Positions 11,701-24,473 of a DNA stretch of 64,000 nucleotides are shown one piece after another. This stretch comes from Felis catus (Eukaryota). The translations under genes and the position numbers were made by a program. The notes under the pieces are model-generated. The model did not search any database and was not told where the DNA came from. It was given only the letters and a program-made list of their open reading frames with translations. The stretch is from positions 35,094,001 through 35,158,000 of the forward strand of contig NC_058368.1 of assembly GCF_018350175.1 (NCBI RefSeq), written 5' to 3'. Within the stretch, counting starts at the first letter, position 1; the number at the start of each line of letters is the position of its first letter.

Positions 11701-13649
11701 AAGAGAAAGTGAGGAATTACTCTACGTGACTCTCTTTACCATTCATATTTCAGTTAATTTCCTAAAACTCTGTGAATATATTATGAACTTTCATCATGTA
11801 GCTGAGGAAATTGCTGTTTTGATAATTTCCATAAATAGACCCCAACCCAGAATGTTACACTATTAACAATTAATTGCTATATTACTTTTGCTAAACTACA
11901 CTCTCATTTTTCTGCCTTTTTTTTCTGCCTAACCTTTACTCTCAACTAAAAGTGGAGAAATAGTGAGATAAGGATGTTAGTTTGATCAAAATTTCAGACC
12001 AAAGTTATGTCTAGTTATGAAGCAAACCACATAGATTCTTTACTTCAGAGGAAAAATGTATCTTCTTTTTGGCACTAGGCTTTACCCCACTCTAGCTGAG
12101 ATAAATATTTCTTGGATGCTATGAAAAACACCTATCTAGAGTGACGTAAAAATACCACAGGTTCTTCAACAGACTAGTTTGATGTTTCAAAAGTAGTCTG
12201 TTTTCTGATAATAAGAGGGAATACAAATTCCTAAAAAAATAAAATTGCAAGGAACTGAATGTGATATATTTTAACATTTCTATAAATCTAAAACTTAGGG
12301 ATAGATACAATTCACTAAAAACACTTTTGAATTATTAACAAGCTTGTCAGCATTTGCTATTTCAGTACAGGCTGGAAGGCTGGTTGCTGTGTCTCCTCTT
12401 TGATAAGGTTTAAGAAAAATCACTTTCATGGTGATTTTCAAAGAATATCTTTGAGGCAACGTTTATATCATTGCCCACAATATGTGATGAATTCCAAAAC
12501 ACGATCACCACAATTTAGAGGATTCTTCCTTTTTAGAATTGTGAAGACAAAAAAAGAGGGCTGATTTGAAAATATTGTAAAATAGAAATGAATTTTTTGT
12601 CTTTTGAGAATGAACACCATCCTACAGGAATTAGTACAGTTTAAAAAAATGCTTTATAGTAACCTGGAAAGCTGTAACAGATCATCACAGACTGTTCCGA
12701 AGTTTATCTTCTTTATAGCAATATGTTTACAGTGATCCATAATGAAAGTGAATCTAGGCATGAATAAATATATAAGAGCGGTTGAAACCTGCCCTTATTT
12801 AAAATGTTATTTTCCCCTCTACTTTAATGAACAGAAAGTGATCTGAGAAAGATCTGCTCACTAATGCTAATAGATAGAGATTTTAAGTTAACACTTAACA
12901 TGAAAACTTCTTTCAAAAGTCAACATGCGGTTTGAGTTTCAAATTGGTTATCTTTAATTCCACTAGAAATAAAGCATTGGACAGTAAAACTTGCTATATC
13001 TGAGAAATATCATTTGTGTTAATTCAGGGTCATGGAGAATCCTTCAGAGAAATATCAAGGATTGTCAAATGCTGCTAAACCAATGGACCATATTAGATTT
13101 ATACCATGATGCATACTTCTGTTGAAAGCAATATTATATTAAGAGAGCATACAATAGACTTAAATACAGAAGACAAATCTGGCCATATATTTGTCATAAG
13201 ATATGCACTCACAAGTTCTCTATTCATTCTAATTGCTATAAAGTACTAAATGCATCCTAACTAAACCCTCTATGGTCAAAAAAAAAAAAAAGAATGCATA
13301 CTATAATAATAAAGACACTTTCATAAAATAGGTCTTGTCTATAAGAGATTGACTAGAAATTTGATCATGACATATTTGAGTTCTTACTACAACAGTGCTA
13401 AAATAAGTAAGTGCTTTCAAATTGCCATTACAGAATTCTACTGTGGTAGGGGCGAGGGGGTAACGTGTATTGATTTGTTTGTTTTGTCATATTTGACAAC
13501 CATATTTCAAGGCTTCAACACATTTTTTTCTCTTATATACAATTGACCACTTAGGTTATCCTCTAAGTTATTTTTCTGATAATTAATCCAGATACACAAA
13601 AGAAATATTGAGTCTTTCCTGCCCTCAATAGTTCAATACATTTTTTTTT

Positions 13650-13676
13650 GGGCGGGGGGGGGGGGGGGGGGTGGGG
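13650..13676 (+). repeat. Poly-G tract
   Basis: About 18 consecutive G (13654-13671) with flanking G runs. Confidence 0.9.
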
Positions 13677-14349
13677 AACGAAACACTAGAAAATGTTTAG
13701 AAAAAAAATTCTATCAAAAAACAGAAAATTATAATGGGCAAACTAAGAAAATAAACAGCCATGAAGAATAAATCAACAAAGCTTTCATAAATGAAATTTA
13801 TGAAATTGTCATAAATGAAATTTGAGGAAATATTAATAATGCAGTAACTTAATATAATGTATTATATTTTCAAAATTTGTCCAAGTAAATTGTATCATTT
13901 GTTCTTCACATCTCTTTAAGCTAAGATTTATTATATTCATTTAAACTAAATTAAATTTGTAGATTGTTGTGAGCTTAGAGGCACTGAAACTAAGATTCTA
14001 GATTGATAGGTTTGCCTTTGGTAAAAAGTATGAGACCAAGTATGTGTTCCTGAGCAAGTGTATGACATCATTAAAAAAAATCACAGCAACACTATCTCCT
14101 AAAAACTATGATGTATAAAATTACATTGAAGAAACTAGAAATGCTTATTATGAAGAAAACTTGCAAAGGATAGATTTGGAATGGTTGTGTTGTAGAATAC
14201 ATCTATTCCTTTTTGTTGTTGTTCCTGAAGAGCTGACTAATGATCACTGGGAATTAGTCTCATGGAAGCCTATGTCTGCCCAAATGTCTAACAATGTTTC
14301 ATAGAAGGGAGAACTTCCTGCCCCAGGAAGTATTCAGAGTCTAATCATT

Positions 14350-14480
14350 GGAGATAACAAAAGTAGCTATCTTATAAGGTTGTTGAGGATTAAATGAAAT
14401 AAGATATGAATAGCACTTAACACAGTAGGCTTTGCATGTACAGCATGATAAGACATCAGTAAATTTTAAGTATTATTATT
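14350..14480 (+). mobile_element. MIR 3' part
   Basis: GGTTGTTGAGGATTAAATGA...GCACTTAACACAGT...TATTATTATT. Confidence 0.65.
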
Positions 14481-15139
14481 TCACACACATACTCTCTTCT
14501 GCCTGCAAGGCATTTACAGACTAACTGCTATATATTAAGCAGTGAAGTACCACCTACAGTATAAAGACAAATAAGACAGTCTCTGCTTTTGAGGAACTTA
14601 TTGGTCTCAAATCAAATGAAATGCCAAATTATTTCAATATGGCCTGACATGTGCCAACCAGTAACTGTGGAAGCACACAGGCAGGCACTGAGTTCACCAG
14701 AATTTCTAAGCAGCTGCCAGGAAGCTAACCAAAGGATCCAGAGCTCAGTTTCCTTCTTTCTATTTTGAGTGTTTTCAAAATTATCTAAGTTGACAATTTT
14801 AACAGGTGGCTAATCTCATCATTATTTTTTACTTCATATGAATTTCACTGTTAGAAAGTAGCCTGGTGCTCAGTAATGACTTCAACATTTCTGCATAGAA
14901 AGAGCTGAAAATGAGTTTGAAAAGTAAGGCTAGAGCATTCATCTGAAAGCTATATTTGCATAGTAAGCACATCAATTTTTAAATTATCATGTCTTTTTAT
15001 TGGGATAGGTTTGGGAGAAGTGATAGAGAGCACGAGGATCATAAACCCTCCAAGCCATCGTTTGGTGCTATCAGTACTGGCTTTATGATATAAAACACAA
15101 CTTTATTATTTTTGGTATTTCTTAAAATATCATCTTATT

Positions 15140-15968
15140 AAAACCTAAATCAACTTTTGCACAGCAAAGGAAACCAGCAACAAAGGAAAAAGGCAGCCTA
15201 CTGAATCAAAGGAGATATTTCTGGGGTGCCTGGGTGGCGCAGTCGGTTAAGCATCCGACTTCAGCCAGGTCACGATCTCGCGGTCCGTGAGTTCGAGCCC
15301 CGCGTCAGGCTCTGGGCTGATGGCTCAGAGCCTGGAGCCTGTTTCCGATTCTGTGTCTCCCTCTCTCTCTGCCCCTCCCCCATTCATGCTCTGTCTCTCT
15401 CTGTCCCAAAAATAAATAAACGTTGAAAAAAAAATTTAAAAAAAAAAAGGAGATATTTCCAAAACATACATCTAATAATGGGTCAATATCCAAATTATAT
15501 AAAAAGCTTACATGATTTAATATAAAAAAAAACAATTAATATTGGGCAGAAAACTTGAATAGACATTTTTCCAAAGAAGACATAGATGGTCAACAGGCAT
15601 GTGAAACATGCTCAGCATTATTCATCATCCAGGAAATACAATCAAAACTACAATGAGATATCAAAAATAACAGATGTTGGCAAGGATGTGGAGAAAAAGA
15701 AACCCTCTTGCACTGCTGGTGGGAACACAAACTTGTGCAGCCACTGTGGAAAACAGTATGGAGTTTCCTCAAAAAATTGAAAATATAACTACCCTACAAT
15801 CCAGGAATTGCACTACTGGGTATTACTGAAAAAAAATACAAAAACACGGATTCAAAGGTATACACGCACATCAAAGTTTCTACCAACATTATTTATAATT
15901 GCCAAACTATGGAAGCAACCCAAGTGTCCATTGATTGATGAATGGATAAGGAAAAGATGTGGGATGTG

Positions 15969-16007
<39 letters not shown>

Positions 16008-16335
16008 ATAATGGAATATTACTCAGCCATAAAAAGAATAAAATCTTGCCATTTGCAACAGCATGGATGGAGTTGAAGAGTATAACAGTAGACAAAATAA
16101 GTCAGTCAGAGAAAGGCAAATACTGTATGATCTCACTCATATGTGGAATTTAAGGACGAATACAAATAAGCAAAGGGAAAGAAGAGACAGAGACACACAC
16201 GAACCAAGACACAGACTTAACTATAGAGAACAAACATTACCAGAGGGGAAAGTAGGTGGGAGGATGGGGGAAATAGAGTGTGGGATTGAAGAGTATACCA
16301 ATTATGATGAAATAAAATAAAATAAACTAATAAAA
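15140..16335 (+). mobile_element. 5'-truncated carnivore L1 (ORF2 end plus 3'UTR), interrupted by a SINE and a (TG)n tract
   Basis: TTTTGCACAGCAAAGGAAACCA, AATAGACATTTTTCCAAAGAAGACATA, GGAAAACAGTATGGAG, TGCCATTTGCAACAGCATGGATGGA; A-rich tail 16310-16335; (TG)n 15971-16006. Confidence 0.92.
15223..15445 (+). mobile_element. Young felid CAN-SINE inserted in L1
   Basis: Near-consensus, CpG-rich; TSD AAAGGAGATATTTC (15208-15221, 15446-15459). Confidence 0.97.
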
Positions 16336-16436
16336 TAGTTTGTAAATGGTTTAACGAAGTTTGTTTCTCTGCATCAATTTTTTTTGAACTTACTAATAGG
16401 TCAGTTTAGTAGGATCAATAGAACCAATCATTCATG

Positions 16437-16476
16437 TTGAAGCAAGTTCTAAACTCTTGAAGCAATTTCTAAACTC
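16437..16476. repeat. 20-bp tandem duplication
   Basis: TTGAAGCAAGTTCTAAACTC / TTGAAGCAATTTCTAAACTC. Confidence 0.9.
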
Positions 16477-16889
16477 TTCAAAGTTACCCATGCAAATCCA
16501 CCTGCTTAATTTCAAGATTATTATTAAAATGGTCATCACTTGTGCAGCACCATGCTAGCACCATGCTGGGTCTTCTACAACGTGCAACAGAAATATGCCT
16601 TGGTTCTACACTAAAACACTGGTAGCTTGGTTTGGAAACAAACAAACAAATGCAACTTTGACAAGATTTCCCTTCTCGCATGCACTTTGTCTTTGACACG
16701 ACAAGGCTTTCTCTCTGCTTAGAGAACCATCTCTGCTGTCCACATCTTTCAGGATCTTTTGCATTCTTCAAATACCCACTGAATACCATGTCCTCTGATT
16801 TTCTGAATAAATGGTTCTTTTACAAAATACCATATAAATACCATTCTTATATTCTACTTTAATTTTTTTAATATAATTGTTTTGTTGTT

Positions 16890-16985
16890 TTCTTATTTTT
16901 CCGAATCTTACTGATCTGTGCATCCCTCACAGCCCCTAAAATAGCACTCTGCCCTCAGTGAGTGCTCCATAAACATTTGTTAAAT
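16890..16985 (+). mobile_element. L2 3' end
   Basis: CAGTGAGTGCTCCATAAACATTTGTTAAAT. Confidence 0.55.
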
Positions 16986-17839
16986 AGTCCTGAATAGTCC
17001 TTGCTTTCCTCAGTTTAATAGTAAAAGAGGCAAGAAGTAGCTATCACAAGTATTAATAATTTTTATGTAATTCTAGTTTTAAAAACTTTCACAATGTAAT
17101 TTGAACTCAAATAATGTGGTACATAAAAATGACTAGTTTTGTATTTCCATCAAATTCCTTTGTTATATAAATGGTAAATTGCAACTCACTAGCCAATATC
17201 CTGTTTTTAGCTCTGCCCTCTGATAAAGTTTTATAAAATGTGTGGATTACAGAACATAAAAGGGTAAGTTGAGCATTATCAAAATCATAGAGCTAACTAA
17301 TAAAAGTAGCTTATTGAGATGTTTTTGAGCCAACATTCCATTATGGAAAAATGGCTCCTGTGTCATTCTAACATAGATTTGGGACAATCATTCTTTTTCT
17401 TAGGGCATTAATATGTCCTAGAAAATTAAGTTATGTGCAAATTTTTAAATTATAAAAACTAATAGAAAGAGATAAATAAAACAAAGATGTCTAAAAAAAA
17501 TGTAAGAATTGCATTACAACAAACTGTTTCAAAACCCACTACCCCCAAAGAAACTTTCTAATTTTGACATTTGGACAATCAAATATCTACTTATAACTCC
17601 TGCACAGAATACCTATAACTGTGGTGGTAATTTTTTGATGAGCTGTAGAAACCTCAATACTTTAGCTGACCTTGGGATAAAGACAGCCAGCACATATAGC
17701 AGTTTATTAATAAATTGATTTACTCTAAGCTAGTAACTATTCCACCATTTTTTTCTTTCACTCCACCTTCCCTGTGACTTGTTTCCCCTTCCTCTATTTA
17801 TTTATTATTCCCATTCTATTTAATAATACTTACCTAAAG

Positions 17840-18072
17840 CAGTATTACTTAAGTGAGTCACATGAAACAGTAGTTCCATGATATGTTCTATAATAAACCG
17901 GAGCCATTATTACACAAGCATGGAAAATATTACATAACCCATTCCCCTCCATAGAAATTCAATGTGTACATTAATATATTAAAAGTTCTGAAAAAGAAAA
18001 ATGTTCTGAGAAATCACCCAGTAAAGAAACCTTCTTAACTGGGTTAGCCAACAATTTCCAAATTTATTTGAC
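17840..18072. mobile_element. hAT-Charlie-like non-autonomous DNA transposon fragment
   Basis: CAGT-type start and TTCTGAGAAATCACCCAGTAAAGAAACC...TTTCCAAATTTATTTGAC resemble recalled Charlie-family MITEs; exact family uncertain. Confidence 0.45.
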
Positions 18073-18076
18073 TTTT

Positions 18077-18301
18077 TTTTTTATTTTTTTTTCAACGTTT
18101 TTTTAAATTTATTTTTGGAACAGAGAGAGACAGAGCATGAACGGGGGAGGGGCAGAGAGAGAGGGAGACACAGAATCAGAAACAGGCTCCAGGCTCCGAG
18201 CCATCAGCCCAGAGCCTGACGCGGGGCTCGAACTCACGGACCGCGAGATCGTGACCTGGCTGAAGTCGGACGCTTAACCGACTGCGCCACCCAGGCGCCC
18301 C
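18077..18301 (-). mobile_element. Young felid CAN-SINE
   Basis: Near-consensus; TSD TTATTTGACTTTT (18064-18076, 18302-18314). Confidence 0.97.
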
Positions 18302-18332
18302 TTATTTGACTTTTACAAGTAACTTAATGATA

Positions 18333-18510
18333 AATAATAGGAATTTATTATGTACCATGAATCACATTAATCACTTTACTTACATGATATCATGTAATCA
18401 TCATAACAACTGTAGGAGTATATACTATTTTTACCCAAGTATGCAGATGAAGGTATTGAATCTTTGCTGAATGAAGAATGTGCTAGAATTGATAGAACTG
18501 GTAAGACTGA
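18333..18510 (-). mobile_element. MIR
   Basis: CACTTTAC...TAATCATCATAACAAC...GCAGATGAAG, antisense MIR core. Confidence 0.6.
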
Positions 18511-19009
18511 GTGAGGACTGGTCTGTCTCAAGAACCCATACTTGTACCCACCTTGCTTTTCTGTCTCAGTAAAATTACACGCTCTTAGAAAAGCTGCTTT
18601 CGATATGAGGGGAAGGGGAATATAACAAGGGTGATAGAGATGCTGTTTGTTCAAATTCTGTTCCTTCTTTAAAAAATATTATTTGAAAGAAAACATGATA
18701 GCAGTTTAACAAATTTGTGCATTTTTCTTAGATCCAAACTAAAAAGAGACCCAAAAGAACTTTCAAGTTCTCATTAAGCCTGATGCATGGTTCTTTGGGC
18801 TATACCAATTCTCTTTAACAAGATTTTCACCATTGTTCTGCTCTTACCTGCTTGATATCTGCTTCATTCATTCTTTTCTTTTATTCATTTTCACCTTACA
18901 ATTTTGATATTTTGTTTATAATTCAAATTTACAAAGGATTGAGTGATGTTTCAGTTGAAGCTCAAACTTAGTCATCTCTCACACTTCTGCTTAATAATTA
19001 TCATATGTT

Positions 19010-19225
19010 GGGGCGCCTGGGTGGCTTAGTCAGTTGAGCATCCGACTTCAGCTCGGGTCATGATCTCACGGTCCGTGAGTTTGAGCCCCGCGTCAGGCTC
19101 TGTGCTGACCGCTGGGAGCCTGGAGCCTGTTTCGGATTCTGTGTCTCCCTCTCTCTCTGACCCTACCCCGTTCATGCTCTGTCTCTCTCTCAAAAATAAA
19201 TAAACGTTAAAAAAAAATTAAAAAA
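19010..19225 (+). mobile_element. CAN-SINE
   Basis: Full-length; TSD AATAATTATCATATG (18993-19007, 19226-19240). Confidence 0.97.
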
Positions 19226-19419
19226 AATAATTATCATATGCATAAGGTTCGTTTAAAGTTAACCAAGCCCAACAATTAAAAAGAAAAAGTAAATAATTGA
19301 TTATAGACATAATTACTTTGCATGATACATTATTGGGTTTTAAAGAGATTTAGAGATTCAGTTAACTTCAATAAAGTCTAACATTGTATGGGGTATTATA
19401 CCAGACAAGGGAGGTAAAA

Positions 19420-20095
19420 ATTAAAACAAGATATGGATTCTGTCTTTGAGAAATAAGGAGTCCAGAGGAGAAACGTATAATATAACAAATAAAATTCTAA
19501 TACTGTCATACAGAGAGTGATGAGTAGAATGAATGGGGTATGCACAGTGAAACAGGATAAAACAGAACATTATCTCTCTGATTTTTGGAAGGTGAGTTAG
19601 CCAAATGAAGAATGTTATGAAAGCATAATGAAGTTCAAGCAGAACAGCATTCACTAACCACAGATGTGAGAAACAACAGGATGTGTGTGTGTGTGTGTGT
19701 ATGTGTGTGTGTGTTTGAATAGCTAAGTATCTCAGGATTGTTAGGGCATGCAGTGTAACCTATGAAATAGTATCACAAGAGACAACATAGGTAGACACAG
19801 ATCAAGCCACGCACACCTACTATATTGCGCCAATAGTTTTGTGAAATACCCTGAATAATTTTAAGCATAGGATTAACATGCTCAGACTTGCATTCTGGAT
19901 AGATTACAATGGCTTTATTCTGGGAAACATATATTCATGAAACATGACAGGTGATGAGACCAAACTGGACTTTATGATCATCAAGGTGACAAAGCCTTGA
20001 GTGAGAACAATGGTAATGAAGATGGAGATGAGCAGATCAATTCACATAGCCTTAAGTGCTAAAACTGTAAAATGGTGGATTGCATTTGACATGTG
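19420..20095 (-). mobile_element. L2 remnant with embedded (TG)n
   Basis: TTTTAAGCATAGGATTAACATGCTCAGACTTGCATT...GATTACAATGGCT, L2-antisense-like. Confidence 0.55.
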
Positions 20096-20107
20096 TGCAG
20101 GGAGAGT

Positions 20108-20493
20108 CTTATGGATTAAATGTTTTGTATTCCCCTCCCCCACCAACCACAATCCATATGTTAAAGCCTTAACCTCCAATGTGATGGTATTTGGAGATGT
20201 GGCCTTTGGGAGATAATTAGATTTAGACAAGGTCCTGAGGGAGGTGCCCCACGATGAGATTTGTGCCTGTACAAGAAGAGGAAGAGAGACCATGTCTTTT
20301 TCTCTCCCATCAGTATGTGAGGACACAGCAAGATGGTGGCCATGTGTAAGCCAGAGAGTTTTCACTAGGAACTGAATCTGTATGCACCTTGATCTCAGAC
20401 TACCCGGACTCCAGAACTGTGAAAAATAAATGTCTGTTGTTTAAGTCACCCAGTTCTAGGTAGTTTGTATTAGCAGTCAAGTTGACTAAGACA
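20108..20493 (+). mobile_element. MaLR solo LTR (MLT1A-like)
   Basis: CCAATGTGATGGTATTTGGAGATGTGGCCTTTGGGAG, CTCCAGAACTGTGAAAAATAAATGTCTGTTGTTTAAG, ends CTAAGACA. Confidence 0.88.
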
Positions 20494-20786
20494 GAAGGTG
20501 AGAGCAGAGACTGTCAAACTCAGCTCCTCCATTTGTAGTTTGTGTGAAGGGCTGAAGAATGAAGTCACAATCAAAACACAGAAAACAGAAGGAACGTTAT
20601 GTTTGGAGGAAAGAAAATGGGTCTCCATTTGGGCACAATGAATTCAGGTAGGGATGTCTTATGAGTAATTTTATGAATATCAGAGGTGATGGAGACATGA
20701 CAAAAAGGAGGAAGAGGCAAAAGCTTCTATAAGATATAAGCATGTATACAGATGCACCTTAAATGTGCTTCAAAAATGCTTTTCTT

Positions 20787-21009
20787 GGGGCACCTGGGTG
20801 GCGCAGTCGGTTAAGCGTCCGACTTCAGCCAGGTCACGATCTCGCGGTCCGTGAGTTCGAGCCCCGCGTCAGGCTCTGGGCTGATGGCTCAGAGCCCGGA
20901 GCCTGTTTCCGATTCTGTGTCTCCCTCTCTCTCTGCCCCTCCCCCGTTCATGCTCTGTCTCTCTCTGTCCCAAAAATAAATAAAAAAGGTTGAAAAAAAA
21001 ATTTAAAAA
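20787..21009 (+). mobile_element. Young felid CAN-SINE
   Basis: Near-consensus; TSD AAAAATGCTTTTCTT (20772-20786, 21010-21024). Confidence 0.97.
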
Positions 21010-21264
21010 AAAAATGCTTTTCTTTCTCTATGCTTCATATAAAGGGAAGAAAAAAGGTAATTTTGCCTTAAGTGAATTGAAAACTAAGCAAATATTTTTG
21101 CATCTTGTGAACTTTGTCTTCCCTTGGTGGTACTTTATCTTCCTGAGGGTGAAAGTCATTTTGAAGAAAGTCTTACTGGATGCAAATAGGGAACTAGTTA
21201 AAGAATTCCATGCTGGCTTCTCAATAGGAACTGGGGGAAAAGGGAGAAAAGCCATATAACCTAA

Positions 21265-21290
21265 GGGGGGGGGGGATATATATATATCTA

Positions 21291-21342
<52 letters not shown>
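21265..21342. repeat. G run plus long (TA)n microsatellite
   Basis: Read directly. Confidence 0.92.
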
Positions 21343-21345
<3 letters not shown>

Positions 21346-21860
21346 GATTCACATGACCAAAAGATTCAAGAAATAGCTTCAGGCATTGCTTGATCCAGTC
21401 TCCAGCAATACCATCAAGATTTAAATATGTTATATGTCAATTATACTTCCATAAAAAAATCCAAGTGTTATCTTTTTTGTCTGATCTACTTCTCTCTGGA
21501 AGGCCTCATTCACATATTACTTCTGTCTACAATTAGGACCCTTAGTAGCTCTCTGTTTAAATCATCTTAAACTTTTTATTGAGAAAAATGCCTTTTTATT
21601 CTGAGCTCAAAAGAAAGTGCAAGAATTGAGCCTCACTGGCCAGGCTAAGGGCATGTGTTTATCTCTGAACCATTATGTCCGGTGGGGACAGAACATGCAT
21701 ATTGGCCCCGTCTGGATCATTAGCACACAGCAAATGCTGGCAGAAGAGGATAGTGGTCAGCACCACTGAATAGTAGGGGTTCCCTCTACAGGAACTCAGG
21801 CCCTGATTTAAGAAGACAGAATGCACACTGAGATGGCAAAATCAACAGCTGTCCACTTCA
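21343..21860 (-). mobile_element. Old MaLR LTR (MLT1K/L-like)
   Basis: GCTTCAGGCATTGCTTGATCCAG and TCTCTGAACCATTA motifs of old antisense MLT1 LTRs. Confidence 0.5.
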
Positions 21861-22684
21861 GAGACTTACCACAAAAATAACTAGGTCAGAAGAAAGGTAT
21901 GCTTGCCTTTATGTTGTGTTTGTGTATAAGGGTATGTGTGTACATCTACAGTGAAAAAAAAATCCACAGGCTGCACCTCCTCTTTGCTCTGTTCCGTTTG
22001 GGAAACTCCTCCCTCACACCCACCAGATTTAAAAAGCTGGGGAAGATCCTAACCTGGTCCCTGGTCCCTGACTCTTAATAATCATATTAGTTCTTGGGAA
22101 AAAAATCCCCAGGTAACTTCAATTCTGTCCTTTCCTTTCACTTGGAGCTACATGTTCAAAACAAATGATACCCTATCCAGTTTAGCACCAGAAAAACTTG
22201 AAATGACTCCTTTTCTCTATACTCACTCCCCAGATGTTTAGCACAGCACAAGGAAACATACAAATGGCAGCTCATTTAGAGTGTGGGGAAAAGGGTCAGG
22301 GACCATAATATGATCAAGACAATATGAAATTTAAAACCTTTTTACTGTTGCCTTCTTTTCTTCACAAAGTTAATATACTCATTTTTCCATTCCCTCATTC
22401 CCTTGCTGTCTGCTTCCTTCTCCCATTAAATTAACACAAAGACAGTTATCAATCATGCACAATTCATTGTAAATGGGTCTCAGATTGGCAGACTTACTCT
22501 CTGTCCCTCTAAAATTGCTAGGGGCCAGAGAGGATGTGGAGCTGGAACTCTGTTCAGAGCTAGAAAGACAGTACTGTATTTTATATATTTTAGTGCAAAT
22601 ATATGTCAAATTGCATGTCAGATACATCCTGAGTATTTAACTACTAAAATAATTGGCTAAATATAAAAATTGCAAACAACTTAC

Positions 22685-22904
22685 TTTTTTTAATGTTTAT
22701 TTATGTATTTTGAGAAAGACAGAGAGTGTGTGCACAAGTGGGGCAGGAGCAGAGACAGAAGGAGAGAGAAAATTCCAAGCAGGCTCCTCACTGTCTGCAC
22801 AGAGCCAGACAACCCCCGCTCAATCACAGGAACCGGGAGATCATGACCTGAGCTGAAGTCAAGAGGAGTAGGAAGCTCAACAAACTGAGCCACCCAGGCG
22901 CCCC
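22685..22904 (-). mobile_element. CAN-SINE (older)
   Basis: Antisense head ...CTGAGCCACCCAGGCGCCCC; TSD CAAACAACTTA. Confidence 0.95.
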
Positions 22905-23109
22905 CAAACAACTTAGTTTTTAACAGGACCTTTACAAGAAAGAAAGAGGTGTGTATTGCCCTAAGCGAATTGGGCACTTTCACCTGACTGGTCAATTAGA
23001 AACCACCTGGCACAGTGGTCTCACACACTGAGCAGAGATGTGTTTTTGAATAGTTGTGCACAGCATAATTAGAGTAAACATAGAAAATCTGTGCTGTTCT
23101 AAAGGCATT

Positions 23110-23195
23110 CATTTTCATATGTACGCCTAGCACCCAGTATAGTGTTTGACACATAGTAAGCATTGCATAAATATTTGTTGAGTAACCAAATGAAA
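23110..23195 (+). mobile_element. L2 3' end
   Basis: CCTAGCACCCAGTATAGTGTTTGACACATAGTAAGCA...AAATATTTGTTGA. Confidence 0.7.
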
Positions 23196-24258
23196 GAATT
23201 CCAATTTATAAGACATGGGGACAGAAATGGCAAATAAGGTAACTATTGCAAAAGTTCTTTGAAGAAAACAAAACAACAAAAAAAAGGGGGGTCAACATGC
23301 TGAGTTTCAGCTACCCCAATCCCAATTAATAATCAAGGTTCTATATTACCAGAGTGAAAATTTTTGAGAGAAAAAGTAGATTGCTTCCTGAGAGCTTCTG
23401 TAATGCTAATAGAATCTTTAGACTCCATTGTCACACTGATGATTCACTGGTAAAAAGCAAGCACACTTTTTTTTTGCCCTTCATTATCAGCCCATTTCTG
23501 GCCTGATTTGCTTTAGATGATTTAGACTCTGCTGCACCTGAACTGTGACTTTCCATATCAGAAGAGGGAATGAAAAATGAACAAAAGGCAAAGGGAGCAG
23601 GGGAATGTAAGAAATAAAATACACTGAGAGTTTTTAAAAGACAAAAACCCAAAAAACTCAACATCCTGCCCTATCTTTATGCTTTAGATTCAAATTTTAA
23701 GTCCTTGTAGAACTTCTCCCCACCCCTGACTCCCAAAAAATCTGTCTTCTTGCATCCAAAGGGAATTGCTTTATGGTGTGGGAGGCAAAATCTTTTTTTA
23801 TTTTTTATTTTTTATTTTATTTTTTTCACACTGTATGCAGTCCATCGCAAGGGAGTCAGGGACTCCAGCCACATACACTACAAGGCTCTATTTGGCATTC
23901 TTTACTACAACCACTCAGTGTGGCAACAGCTACCATTGGTCAGTTAAAACTCTAAGCATGTCTTTTGCCTGTTGTTGAGCAACTTTGATGATTTGTGAAT
24001 AATATTAAAACATTCCAGTGCCCAAGAAGGCCAGAGAGGAAGTACAAACCAAGCCCCTTTTACCCTGTATAGCTGCCATTTCTGTAACGGCCACCAGGCC
24101 TAAATGACATTGTGAGTAGCCTGGGCTCAATATGGGAATTCAGAACAAGCTCTACAGGCATTACCAAAAGGACTCATAGTTAACCTTACCCAATGATAAG
24201 ACCAGGTGCAGGATTAATCTTTTATTTATTAACCTCAGTATTAAGAGTATGTATGTGT

Positions 24259-24473
24259 GGGGCGCCTGGGTGGCGCAGTCGGTTAAGGGTCCGACTTCAG
24301 CCAGGTCATGATCTCGCGGTCCGTGGGTTCGAGCCCCGCGTCAGGCTCTGGGCTGATGGCTCAGAGCCTGGAGCCTGTTTCCGATTCTGTGTCTCCCTCT
24401 CTCTCTGCCCCTCCCCCGTTCATGCTCTGTCTCTCTCTGTCCCACAAATAAATAAACGTTGAAAAAAAAAAAA
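24259..24473 (+). mobile_element. Young felid CAN-SINE
   Basis: Near-consensus; TSD AGTATGTATGTGTG (24246-24259, 24474-24487). Confidence 0.97.

Noticed and set aside
15586..16320. Overlapping ORFs with L1 ORF2-like C-terminal peptides (also 2381-2827)
   Set aside because: Frameshifted fragments of 5'-truncated L1s; no intact ORF1 or ORF2.
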